A DNA stretch of 64,000 nucleotides. It comes from an uncultured Acidobacteriota bacterium (GTDB taxonomy: Bacteria > Acidobacteriota > Thermoanaerobaculia > UBA5066). Each line of letters starts with the position of its first letter. Within the stretch, counting starts at the first letter, position 1. The stretch spans positions 832,001 through 896,000 of the forward strand of contig CAVZYA010000002.1 in assembly GCA_963779415.1 (NCBI GenBank), written 5' to 3'. The translations under genes and the position numbers were made by a program. This document shows positions 39,830-50,018 of this stretch, piece by piece. The notes under the pieces are model-generated. The model was not told the origin of the DNA. It saw nothing but the letters and a program-made list of their open reading frames with translations, and did not search any database.

Positions 39830-41195
39830 ATGCGCTACATCCCGCACAGTCCGGAAGAGCAGGCGTCGCTTCTCGCGGCCATCGGCGTCTCGTCGATGGA
39901 CGACCTCTTCGCCACCGTCCCCCCGCGAGGTCTACCGGCGCGAGCCCCCGGACCTCCCCCCGCCCGCCTCGGAGATCGAGGTGCGAAAGGCGATGGGGCG
40001 CTCGCCGCGCGGAACGCGAACCTCTCCGAGTGGACGTCGTTCCTCGGCGCGGGGCTCTATTCCCACCACATGCCGGCCTTCGTCTCGCAGCTCCTGTCGC
40101 GGGGCGAGTTCCTGACCGCGTACACGCCGTACCAGCCCGAAGTCTCGCAGGGGACGCTCACGGCGATCTGGGAGTTCCAGACGCACATGGCCCTCCTGAC
40201 GGAGCTGGACGTCGCGAACGCCTCGATGTACGAGGGGGCCTCGGCCTTCGTCGAGGCCGTCCTCATGGCCGAGCGCCTCACGAGGAAGCGGACGAAGGTC
40301 GTCGTCTCGAAGGGGATCCACCCCGAGTACCGGCGCTGCCTCCGGACGTACCTCGCGAACTTCCCCTTCACGATCGTCGAGGTGCCCGTCGGCGAGGGCG
40401 GTGCGACCGACCGGGCGGCCCTCGCGGCGGCCGTGGACGAGACGACCTTCGCCGTCGCCGTCCAGTCCCCGAACGTCCTCGGCGTCGTCGAGAGCTGGCA
40501 GGCCGCGGCCGACGCCGCGCACGAGAAGGGCGCGATCGCGATCGGGGTCGTGAACGAGATGTTCTCCCTCGCGCTCCTGAAGGGGCCCGGAGCCTTCGGG
40601 ATCGACATCGCCGCGGGCGAGGCCGCCTCGTTCGGCGTCCCTCCCTCGTTCGGAGGCCCTCTCGTCGGGTTCCTCGCCTGCCGGGACGCGATGAAGCGGC
40701 AGATCCCGGGGCGCCTCGTCGGCCGGACGACCGACGCCGAGGGGAGGACGGCCTTCTGCCTGACGCTCTCGACGCGCGAGCAGCACATCCGCCGCGAGAA
40801 GGCGACGTCGAACATCTGCACGAACCAGGGGCTCTTCGCCCTCGCGGCCACGATGACGATCTCGGTTCTCGGCAAGCAGGGGCTTCGCGAGACGGCGCTC
40901 CAGTGCCTCTCCAAGGCGGAGTACCTCAAGACGGGCGTTCGCGGCCGTTCCGGGGCCCTTCTCGGTCGCCTTCTCCGGCCGGACGTTCAACGAGTTCGCG
41001 ATCCGGTGCGGCCCTCCGGTCGAGGAGGTTCTCCGCCGCTGCGAGGCGAAGAAGATCCTCGGAGGAGTCCCGCTTTCGCGGATCGCCCCCGAAGAGAAGG
41101 GATGGCACGACCTCCTCCTCGTGGCCGTCACCGAGCGGACGCCGCGGGAGGGCCTCGACACGTTCCTCGACGTCCTCCGGAGCTACGAACGATGA
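39830..41195 (+). CDS. gcvPA: Glycine dehydrogenase subunit 1 (frameshifts near 39925, 39995, 40950)
   Basis: MRYIPH, FLGAG, TAYTPYQPEVSQG, NASMYEG, REQHIRREKATSNICTNQ, LLVAVTE. Confidence 0.92.
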
Positions 41196-42719
41196 GTGAC
41201 CAGAGCGCGCCCGTAAGACCCGTCACCGGCGACCCGGCCCTCGACCGCCGCCGCCGCAACATCTCCCTCTTCGACGAGCCCCGGCCCGGCCGGCAGGGCG
41301 TCCTTCTCCCGCCGCTCGACGTTCCGGCCGCCGACCCGGGTTCTCTCTACGGCGCCGCTCACCGCTCCGAGGTGCGCGGGGAGGTGGAAGCCTCCGAGGT
41401 GGACGTCGTCCGGCACTTCACGCGCCTCTCGCGGCTGAACTTCGCCATCGACACGGCGCTCTACTCGCTCGGCTCGTGCACGATGAAGCACAACCCGCGG
41501 CTGAACGAGGAGACGGCGCGCCTCGCGGGGTTCAACGAGACGCACCCCTACGCCCCGGAGCACCTCTCGCAGGGAAACCTCGAGATGATGTGGCGCCTCG
41601 AGGAGGCGCTCAAGGTCCTCACCGGCTTTTCGCGCGTCACGCTCCAGCCCTCGGCCGGCGCGAACGGCGAGCTGGCGAGCGCGCTGATGATCCGGGCGGC
41701 CCACGTGGCGCGGGGGAACCCGCGCAAGCCACGTCCTCGTCCCCGACTCGGCTCACGGCACGAACCCGGCCTCGGCGCATTTCGCCGGCTACGAGGTCGT
41801 GGAGATCCACTCCTCGCCGCGGGGGACGGTGGACCTCGCCGCGCTGGACGCGAAGCTGGACGAGGACGTCGCGGCCCTGATGGTCACGGTTCCGAACACG
41901 CTCGGCGTCTTCGAGGAGGAGATCCTCGAGATCGCCCGGTGCGTCCACGCGAAGGGGGCGTTCCTCTACCTCGACGGGGCGAACTTCAACGCCTTCGTCG
42001 GGAAGGTGCGTCCGGCCGACATGGGTGTCGACGTGATGCACATGAACCTCCACAAGACGTTCTCGACGCCGCACGGCGGCGGCGGCCCCGGCGCGGGGCC
42101 CGTCGGCGTCGCCGAGGCGCTCGTCCCGTTCCTTCCGGTCCCGACGGTGGAGCGGCGGGGCGACCGGTTCGTCCTCGACCACGACCGCCCGAAGTCGATC
42201 GGGAAGATGCGGTCCTTCTACGGGAACTTCGGCGTCCTCGTCCGGGCGCTCACGTACATCCTCTCGTACGGCCGGTCGATCCACGAGGTGGCGGAGAACG
42301 CCGTCCTGAACGGCAACTACCTCCGGAAGCGGCTCGCGCCCTTCTACCACCTCAAGTACGACGCGCCCAGCTACCACGAGGTCGTCTTCGACGACAAGAG
42401 GCAGGCCGCGCTCGGGATCCACAACGTCGACATCGCGAAGCGCCTCATGGACTACGGCTTCCATCCGCCGACGATGTCCTTCCCCCTCATCGTGCCGGGC
42501 GCGCTGATGATCGAGCCGACCGAGACCGAGCCGAAGGAGGAGCTGGACGCCTTCGCGGACGCGATGATCGCCATCGCCCGCGAGTGCGAGGAGCGCCCCG
42601 ACCTCGTGAGGACGGCGCCGCACACGACGCCGGTGACGCGGCTCGACGAGGCCTCGCTCGCCCGCGAGGCGTCCAAGGTCGGGAACTTCGCCCCCGTCCT
42701 CCGCGCGAAGACCGGCTGA
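41192..42719 (+). CDS. gcvPB: Glycine dehydrogenase subunit 2 (frameshift near 41730)
   Basis: VVRHFTRLS, LGSCTMKHNP, LQPSAGANGE, HMNLHKTFSTPHGGGGPG, MIEPTETE. Confidence 0.92.
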
Positions 42720-42766
42720 CCAGCGGTCGCGCGAACGCGCCGGGACCCGTCTAGACTCCGGGGCCG

Positions 42767-44668
42767 ATGGCCCCGGTCCGGATCTCGTACATCGACGGGC
42801 GAAGGCTCGCGCGGGCGCTTCTCGCCGGAGCGCGCGCCGTCCGGGCCGCAGAAGGAGCCGCTGAACCGGATCAACGTCTTCCCGGTCGCGGACAACGACA
42901 CCGGCTCGAATCTCGTGGCGACGCTCGACCGCGTCGCGGAAAGCGTGGGCGAGGCCCCCTCGCCGAGCGCCGAGGACGTGGCGCGCAAGGCGGCCGACGA
43001 GGCCCTCATGGGGGCGCGGGGGAACTCGGGGGCCATCTTCGCCCAGTTTCTCGAGGGGCTCGCCGAGGCGCTGAAGGGGGTGCGGCGGATCGGCGCCCGA
43101 GCGATTCGGCCGGGCGGTCCGTGCGGCGGCGGAGGCGGCGAAGGGGGCGATGGCCCAGCCGCGGGAGGGGACGATCCTCTCGGTCATCCGGGAGTGGGCG
43201 GGGTGGGTGGAGCGGCGCGACGACGCGAGACGCGCGACTTCGCGGAGATCGTCCCGGACTCGATGCCGGTGGCGCAGGAGGCGCTGGAGAGGACGCCCGA
43301 GCATCTCGCCGTCCTGAAGGAAGCCGGCGTCGTCGACGCCGGGGCGCAGGGCTTCGTCCATTTTCTCGAGGGGGTCGCCCGGTCGCTCGGGGATCGCGTC
43401 CGTCCGGGCGCCCCGGAGCACGTCCCCGGCGAGATGGTCGAGGCGCGGATCCGCGAGGCCCGCGCGTCCATCCTCTTCCGCTACTGCACGGAGGTCCTCC
43501 TCTCCGGGGACCGGATCGACCGGGAGGCGATCCGCCGGGCGGCCTCGCCTCTCGGCGATTCGCTCGCCATCGCCGGAGGAGCCCGAAGGGTCCGCCTCCA
43601 CCTTCACGTGAACCGGCCGGAGGACGTCTTCGAGGTGGCCCGCCGCTTCGGCCGGGTCGAGCAGACGAAGGTCGAGGACATGCGCGAGCAGCACGTCGGC
43701 CGGTTCGCGCGGCACGGCCGGGTCGCGGTCGTCACGGACTCGGCGTGCGACCTCCCGGCCGCCATGGCGGAGGCGCTCGCGGTCACGATCGTCCCGCTCC
43801 GGCTGATCCTCGGAGACGAGACCTATCTGGACGGCGTCACGGTCACGCCGCGCGAGTTTCACGCGATGCTCGCCTCGTCGCCGCTCGCGCCCCGCACCTC
43901 CCAGCCTCCGCCCGCCGACTTTCGCGAGGTTTACCGCGCCCTCGCCTCGCACGGGGCGCCGGTCCTCGGCGTCCACGTCTCGGGCGGGCTCTCGGGGACG
44001 CTCGCGGCCGCGCAGACGGCCGCGCGGTCGCTCCTCGGGGAGGAGGGTCTCGCGCGCGTCGACGCGTCGACTCGAGAAGCCTCTCCATCGCACAGGGGCT
44101 CGTCGTGCGCGAGGCGGCGCGGGCCGCGGCCGAGGGAAAGGACCTTTCCGGGGTGGCCGGGGTGGCGCGGCTCGCGGCGGCACGGGCGCGGATCTTCGCG
44201 GCGGTCCCCTCGCTCGACTTCCTGATCCGGGGAGGGCGGCTCGGACACCTGCCGGGGCTCGTGGCGCGGGCGATCGGGTTCTGTCCGGTCCTGACGATCG
44301 GGCCCGACGGACGGGCGGCGAAGGGGGGAGGCGGACGGGGCTTTCCCCGGGCGGTCCGGAAGGTCGTGGAAGCGGCCCTCGCGGGAGCTCGGGGCGAGCC
44401 GGCGCCGACGTTCGGCGTCGCGCACTTCGGCGCGCCGGAGCTGGCGGACGAAGTGGCGGCGGAGCTTCTCTCCCGGCATCCCGGGGCCGAGCATTTCGTC
44501 AGCGAGCTGGCGCCCGTCCTCGCCGCGCACACCGGACCGGGGGCCATCGCGGTCGGATTTCTCGCTGGCAGATCGGGACAAACGCCGGGAATTGCCTTGA
44601 CGGGAGGGCCGCGGGTCGAAAAAATAGGCCGGTCGTTCAAAGGCTTGTGTGTCAGTTTCTTCAGCTGA
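42767..44668 (+). CDS. DAK2/FakA-DegV/FakB fused fatty-acid kinase-like protein (several frameshifts)
   Basis: LNRINVFPVADNDTGSN, GARGNSGAI, EGTILSV, GVVDAGAQG, FRYCTE, HLHVN, KVEDM; DegV part VVTDSACDLP, TSQP, SGGLSGT, RGGR, AHTGPG. Confidence 0.85.
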   Translation: MAPVRISYIDGRRLARALLAGARAVRAAEGAAEPDQRLPGRGQRHRLESRGDARPRRGKRGRGPLAERRGRGAQGGRRGPHGGAGELGGHLRPVSRGARRGAEGGAADRRPSDSAGRSVRRRRRRRGRWPSRGRGRSSRSSGSGRGGWSGATTRDARLRGDRPGLDAGGAGGAGEDARASRRPEGSRRRRRRGAGLRPFSRGGRPVARGSRPSGRPGARPRRDGRGADPRGPRVHPLPLLHGGPPLRGPDRPGGDPPGGLASRRFARHRRRSPKGPPPPSREPAGGRLRGGPPLRPGRADEGRGHARAARRPVRAARPGRGRHGLGVRPPGRHGGGARGHDRPAPADPRRRDLSGRRHGHAARVSRDARLVAARAPHLPASARRLSRGLPRPRLARGAGPRRPRLGRALGDARGRADGRAVAPRGGGSRARRRVDSRSLSIAQGLVVREAARAAAEGKDLSGVAGVARLAAARARIFAAVPSLDFLIRGGRLGHLPGLVARAIGFCPVLTIGPDGRAAKGGGGRGFPRAVRKVVEAALAGARGEPAPTFGVAHFGAPELADEVAAELLSRHPGAEHFVSELAPVLAAHTGPGAIAVGFLAGRSGQTPGIALTGGPRVEKIGRSFKGLCVSFFS

Positions 44669-44691
44669 ATCGAGATAAGGAGGAACCGGTG

Positions 44692-45995
44692 GTGAAATCA
44701 AGAGATGTGCGCCTGCTCGCGGGGACGCTGCTTCTTGCGGCGCTCGTCGCCGCGCCGCGAGGCGACGGGGCCGGGTACGCCCTGTTCGAGCAGGGGACCA
44801 AGGGGATGGCGCTCGGAGGAGCCTTCGTCGCTCAGGCGGACGATCCGTCGGCGATGTTCTACAACCCGGCCGGAAACGCCTACAACGAGAAGTTCACGCT
44901 GTACGGCGGCGCCGTCGGCGTCCTCCGCCCGACGACCAACTTCACGGGGTCGAGCCCGTATCCCGGTGACGGCTACTACACGGGCATGTCAAAGCCCCTC
45001 TACTACTTTGGGAACGGCTACGCCGTCGTGCCGCTCCAGCCGGGCAAGCTGAACCTCGCCGCCGGCTTCTGGTCTCCGGCCGGCCTCGGGACCCCCTGGG
45101 CCAACCCGGATCAGTGGGCTGGCCGCTACATCTCCCAGCGGGCCGACATCCGCCAGGTCGCTGCCTCCGTGCAGATCTCGTGGAAGGTGGCCGACTGGCT
45201 CGCGATCGGCGCCGGACCGGAGATCCGCCTCAGCGACGTGAAGCTCTCGAAGAACGTCGGGATCTTCAACCCTTACACGGGCCACGTCACCGGACGTGGC
45301 CCACCTCTCCCTCCAGAGCAAGGGAACCCCGGTCGACTGGACGTGGAACGCGGGAATCATGCTCAAGCCGTGCGACCGGCTCCGCTTCGGCGTGGCGTAT
45401 CACGGGAGCGTGAGCGTCGACTACAGCGGGATCGCGCATTTCTACCAGCTCACGACGGGACACGCGGACCTCGACGCCCTCGTCGCCGCAGAAGATCCCG
45501 GTCAACCAGGACGTGGGCGGCGCGGCGAACATCAAGTTCCCCGCGCTTCTCCTCTTCGGGGTCTCGTACGACCTGAGCCCGTCCCTGACGCTGAACGTGG
45601 ACGGGAACTACACGTGGTGGGACATCCTGGAACAGATCCCCATCAACATCGACGGCGTTGCGCCCAAGGTCATCCCGGAGAACTGGAAGAACACCTGGAC
45701 GATCCGGGCGGGACTCGGCTGGCAGGCCTCCAAGACCGTCTGGCTGGGCGGCGGCTACGTCTACGACCAGACGCCGCAGCCCGATGCTGCCGTCGGCCCG
45801 CTCCTGCCGGACGCCAACCGGGTCGGCGGATCGATCGGCGCCGGCTTCCAGATCTCGAAGAACTTCCGGCTCGAGGTCTCGAGTCTCTTCCTCTGGTTCA
45901 AGGACCGGACGACGACGACGAACGACAACAACTTCAACGGTACGTACAAGACGTTCGCGATCCTCCCCGCCATCGGCTTCAAGAGCAACTTCTGA
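44692..45995 (+). CDS. FadL/OmpP1 outer-membrane long-chain fatty-acid transporter (frameshifts near 45290, 45490)
   Basis: GYALFEQGTKGMALGGAFVAQADDPSAMFYNPAG, NWKNTWTIRAG, YDQTP, LLPDANR, terminal Phe. Confidence 0.88.
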
Positions 45996-46012
45996 AGCGA
46001 GGAGCAGAGAAC

Positions 46013-47523
46013 ATGAAGACTTCCAAACTCCTCCGCACCGCCGCGACGCTTTCGGTCGCACTCCTCCTCGCCTCCTTCCCGGCCAGCCGCCCAGCAGGCC
46101 GACTTCACGACGCTTCGTCGCGACTCGGCGACTCCACTGCGGCCGGGACTGCTCGACGGATGCCTCGTCGACTACGGCCAGAACGACTCGTTCGGTGCCA
46201 TCCTCGCCCGGACGGCCGGGCACGGCGTATCGAGCAGCCGATCATCGGGAAGCCCGGGCTCGGAGCCTCGGCCGCGCTGCATGTACCTGACCAATCTCGC
46301 CCCGACGCTCGGCAACCGGCCGAGCACGGGGGTGCCGATCCAACGCGACGCTCCCGCGTCCCTACAACAATCTCGCGGTCGCCGGATTCACGATCCGCGA
46401 CATCGTCGACAAGAACTCCGCGACGACCGGACGGCGACAAGAGGGCGTATCTGGTCCTTCGAGGGCAGGGACGGCCGCCCAGCAGGCGGCGGCCCTCCAG
46501 CCGACGTTCCTCCTCGTGTCGGCCGGAGCGAACGACGTTCTGGGCGCCGCTGGAATACGCGACGCCGATCGACGGCGTCACGATGACGCCGATGCCGTCT
46601 TCCAGGCGAAGACCGTCAGATCATGGCCGACCCTCAAGGCCGCGCAGGGGGGGACCGCGAAGGGGTTCTTCGTCATCCCATCCCCACCTCGACGTCCCGT
46701 TCAGCGATACCATTCCGCTCGATCCTCGCCATCAACCCCTCAACCGGCGCGCCCATCTACGCGCTCTACGACAGCTGCGGCGGCCTCGCGCCGGCCTGCC
46801 CGGTGCCGGCGGGCTCGAAGCTGACGCTCTTCGCAGCCGACCTACTCCAGGCCGGGTACGGGATTCCGTGCGCCATCCTCGCCGAGCGACCCGAGGCAGG
46901 CCAACTGCAACAAACCCCTGCCCGACAACCTGAACATCAACCCGCAGACCGGGGCGATCACGCCGGGTGTCGTCCTGACGCCGACGGAGGGGGCCGTCAT
47001 CCTCCGGCGGGTCAACGACATCAACAACACGATCGCCTCGCAGGCCGCGGCGGCGGGATACAAGTTCTTCGACAGGGCGGCGCTGCTGCGGCAGGTGGGA
47101 ACGACCGGCATGACGTACGGCGGCGTCACCATCGAGCGCCTTCCTCTCCGGCGGCTACTATCGACACGACGGCCTCCACGAGTCGTCGATCGGACAGGCC
47201 ATCAAGGCCGACGCGATGGTCCAGTTCATCAACGACAACTGGGGGAACAACCTTCCGCACGTCAACATGTATCCCTACCTCTTCAACGGGGACACGTCGT
47301 CCGGCGGCTACCCGATCGGGGCGGCGCTCTCGCCCTGCCGACGCAGCTCGACTGGGCGGCGGCGATCTTCGGCCCCGAGAACGTCGAGTACGCCGTCCAG
47401 CACAGCTTCCCGCTGCCGGCGCTCGAGCGCCGTGCCAACCGGACTCCGCACGGGATGCCGATCTCGCTCGACCCGACGGCTCCCGCCGGCGGGCCGAGAC
47501 GAGTTAAACTGACGCGGTTGTGA
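46013..47523 (+). CDS. Secreted SGNH/GDSL lipase-esterase (heavily frameshifted)
   Basis: Pieced across frames: signal peptide, RFVALGDSTAAG, YNNLAVAG, GANDVLG, DGLH...FINDNWG. Confidence 0.7.
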
Positions 47524-47537
47524 CCAAGGAGGACAAG

Positions 47538-48362
47538 ATGGTTTCGAAACGATTCCGGGCGGGCACGATGGGAATCCTTCTCGTCGGAGCGGCCGCCCTC
47601 ATGCTTTCGGCGTGCTCCACGGCAATGAAGGACTGCGCCAGCGGCTTCGCCATGGTCTCGCCGAAGGACGGCGCGAGCTTCGAGGTCGGCAAGGACGTCA
47701 AGGCCGAGGCGACGCCTCTCACGGCGACGTTCTGCACGTTCGCCCCGGCGGTCTACGAATTCTCCGTCGACGGCCACGCGCCGCTGACGGCGCCCGGCTC
47801 GGCCGCGAACCCGTCCGTGACGTTCGGATGCCCCGCCGCCGGCGACCATACGGTCACGGCCGTGGCCAAGGATGCCAACGGAAAGGTCCTCGCCCAGTGC
47901 GCCGCGAAGTTCAAGTGCGTCGCGCCGCCGCCGCCGGCCCCCGTGCCGGCCCCGGTCGCGCCGCCGCCGCCGCCGGCTCCGGTCTCGGACCTCGTCGCCG
48001 AGGCGACGAAGTACCTGCAGGACATCTTCTTCGACTTCGACAAGTCGGACATCCGGGCCGACCAGAAGGAAAACCTCGACAAGAACGCCAAGTGGCTGCG
48101 CGAGCACACGACGGTGGGGATCACGGTCGAGGGGCACTGCGACGAGCGCGGCACCCGCGAGTACAACCTCGCTCTCGGCGAGCGGCGTGCGGGCTCCATC
48201 CGGGACGCCCTCGTCGCCCTCGGGGTCGACCCGGCGCAGATCAAGACGATCTCCTACGGCAAGGAGCGCCCGTTCTGCACCGAGCACCCGAAGGAGAAGG
48301 CGGAGCAGGAAGCCTGCTGGCAGTCCAACCGCCGCGGTCACTTCGTCCCGGCGCTGCGGTAA
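47538..48362 (+). CDS. Pal/OmpA-family lipoprotein with N-terminal Ig-like domain
   Basis: Lipobox LSAC; DIFFDFDKSDI, VEGHCDERGTREYNLALGERRA, SYGKERP, NRR. Confidence 0.88.
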   Translation: MVSKRFRAGTMGILLVGAAALMLSACSTAMKDCASGFAMVSPKDGASFEVGKDVKAEATPLTATFCTFAPAVYEFSVDGHAPLTAPGSAANPSVTFGCPAAGDHTVTAVAKDANGKVLAQCAAKFKCVAPPPPAPVPAPVAPPPPPAPVSDLVAEATKYLQDIFFDFDKSDIRADQKENLDKNAKWLREHTTVGITVEGHCDERGTREYNLALGERRAGSIRDALVALGVDPAQIKTISYGKERPFCTEHPKEKAEQEACWQSNRRGHFVPALR

Positions 48363-48390
48363 ACGGTAGCCGGGTCAACGCAACTCGTTG

Positions 48391-48427
48391 GCAGCGGGGC
48401 CCTTCACGGGCCCCGCTTGCCTTTTTT
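48391..48427 (+). terminator. Rho-independent terminator
   Basis: GCGGGGCCC-TTCAC-GGGCCCCGC then a T tract. Confidence 0.75.
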
Positions 48428-48537
48428 CCGACGCGTCGGTTAGGCTTCCCGCGCTTTTCATGGCGAGCCGCGGAATCTCTCTCCAGCCCGGATCGGCCTT
48501 TTCTTCCCCCGACTAGCAGAGACAGGATGCCGAAGGA

Positions 48538-49098
48538 ATGATTTCCGCCACCGAACTCCGCCCGGGAATGATCGTCGTCCACAACGGCGAGCTGTTCCGG
48601 ACCCACAGCGTCGTCCACAAGACCCCCGGGAACCTCCGCGGCTTCGTCCAGGCCAAGCTCCGGAACCTCCGCTCGGGCTCCATGAACGAGCACCGGTTCC
48701 GCTCGGAGGACCGGATCGAGAAGGCGTCGCTCGACACCCACGAGATGCAGTACCTCTACTCGGACGGCTCCGGGCACCACTTCATGAACCAGGAGACCTA
48801 CGACCAGGTCACGCTCACGGAAGAGGTCGTCGGCGAGTCGATGAAGTACCTCCTTCCGGAGACGGTCATCACCGTCGACTTCCACGAGGGGAGCCCGGTC
48901 TCGGTCGAGCTGCCGACGACCGTGAGCCTGAAGATCGTCGAGACCGATCCGGGGATGAAGGGGGCCACGGCGTCGGCTTCGTACAAGCCGGCGAAGCTGG
49001 AGACGGGCCTCGTGGTCCAGGTGCCGCAGTTCGTCGAAGCGGGGACGGTCGTCAAGATCGACACCCGCGACGATTCCTATCTCGAGCGTGTGAGCTAG
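48538..49098 (+). CDS. efp: Elongation factor P
   Basis: ISATELRPG, HKTPGNLRGFVQAKLRN, MQYLY, KPAKLETG, VPQFV, IDTR. Confidence 0.95.
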   Translation: MISATELRPGMIVVHNGELFRTHSVVHKTPGNLRGFVQAKLRNLRSGSMNEHRFRSEDRIEKASLDTHEMQYLYSDGSGHHFMNQETYDQVTLTEEVVGESMKYLLPETVITVDFHEGSPVSVELPTTVSLKIVETDPGMKGATASASYKPAKLETGLVVQVPQFVEAGTVVKIDTRDDSYLERVS

Positions 49099-49103
49099 AA
49101 CGG

Positions 49104-50006
49104 ATGCTGCGGCGCGTCGTCCCGGTCCTGACGATCCTGTTCGCGGCCGGGCTCGCGCGCGGTGCCGCCGCCTCGGACGAGACGGCGGTCACGGAGACAC
49201 TTTCGCAGGAGGAGGCGTCGGACCGGGCTTCGCTCGCGGCCGAGCTGGGGCTTGCGGAGGTGGAATCGGCTCCGGCCCCCGAGGTCTCGGCTCCGCCGGC
49301 GCCCTGTCCCGCCCGCGACCCGGAGGACGGGCGGTGCTACGCCTCGGCGGACGCCGCCGATCTCGCCTGGCTCTCGCGCCAACCCCGCCGCACGGCCGCC
49401 GACTCGGAGGAGGAAGACGAGGAGGAAGGGCTCGAGGACATCGAGACGTCCGGGGCGCCGGTGACGCCCGGATTCTGGCGGTCCCTCGGTGACCGGCTCC
49501 GGAGCCTCGTCGTCCGGCGTTCCGACAGCCGGCCGGTCGCGATCCCCGAGGAGGAGATCGCGGAGCTCTTCTCCACGACGTTCCCTCTCCCGCTCGGCGT
49601 CTACGACCCGGCGCGGCTTCGGGACACGTTCCTCTCCCGGCGCGGCAGGACGAAGAAGCATCACGCGATCGACCTCGGCGCGCCCCGCGGGACGCCGGTC
49701 GTCGCCGTCGCGGACGGCGTGATCGAGCGGCTCGGCCGCGACCGCCGCGGAGGGAAGGTCGTCTACCTTCGCGACGTGACGGGACGCTACACGTTCTACT
49801 ACGCGCACCTCAGGGTCCACGAGAAGGGGCTGAAGGCGGGCGACCGGGTCTCGAAGGGGCAGAAGCTGGGCGAGGTGGGCGCGACCGGCCGCGTGATCGG
49901 CGGGCCGCACCTCCATTTCGCGATCTACCGGAACGAGCCCGCCACCGACTCGCGCCTCTTCGCCGTCAACCCCTACCTGATCTTCTCGACGATCCTGCCG
50001 CGCTGA
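49104..50006 (+). CDS. M23 family metallopeptidase
   Basis: HHAIDLGAPRGTPVVAVADG, YYAHL, GATG, PHLHF. Confidence 0.88.
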   Translation: MLRRVVPVLTILFAAGLARGAAASDETAVTETLSQEEASDRASLAAELGLAEVESAPAPEVSAPPAPCPARDPEDGRCYASADAADLAWLSRQPRRTAADSEEEDEEEGLEDIETSGAPVTPGFWRSLGDRLRSLVVRRSDSRPVAIPEEEIAELFSTTFPLPLGVYDPARLRDTFLSRRGRTKKHHAIDLGAPRGTPVVAVADGVIERLGRDRRGGKVVYLRDVTGRYTFYYAHLRVHEKGLKAGDRVSKGQKLGEVGATGRVIGGPHLHFAIYRNEPATDSRLFAVNPYLIFSTILPR

Positions 50007-50018
50007 CGGCGCGTCTCC

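Noticed and set aside
47920-47985. GCC/CCG tandem repeats
   Set aside because: They encode the Pro-rich linker of the Pal-like protein.
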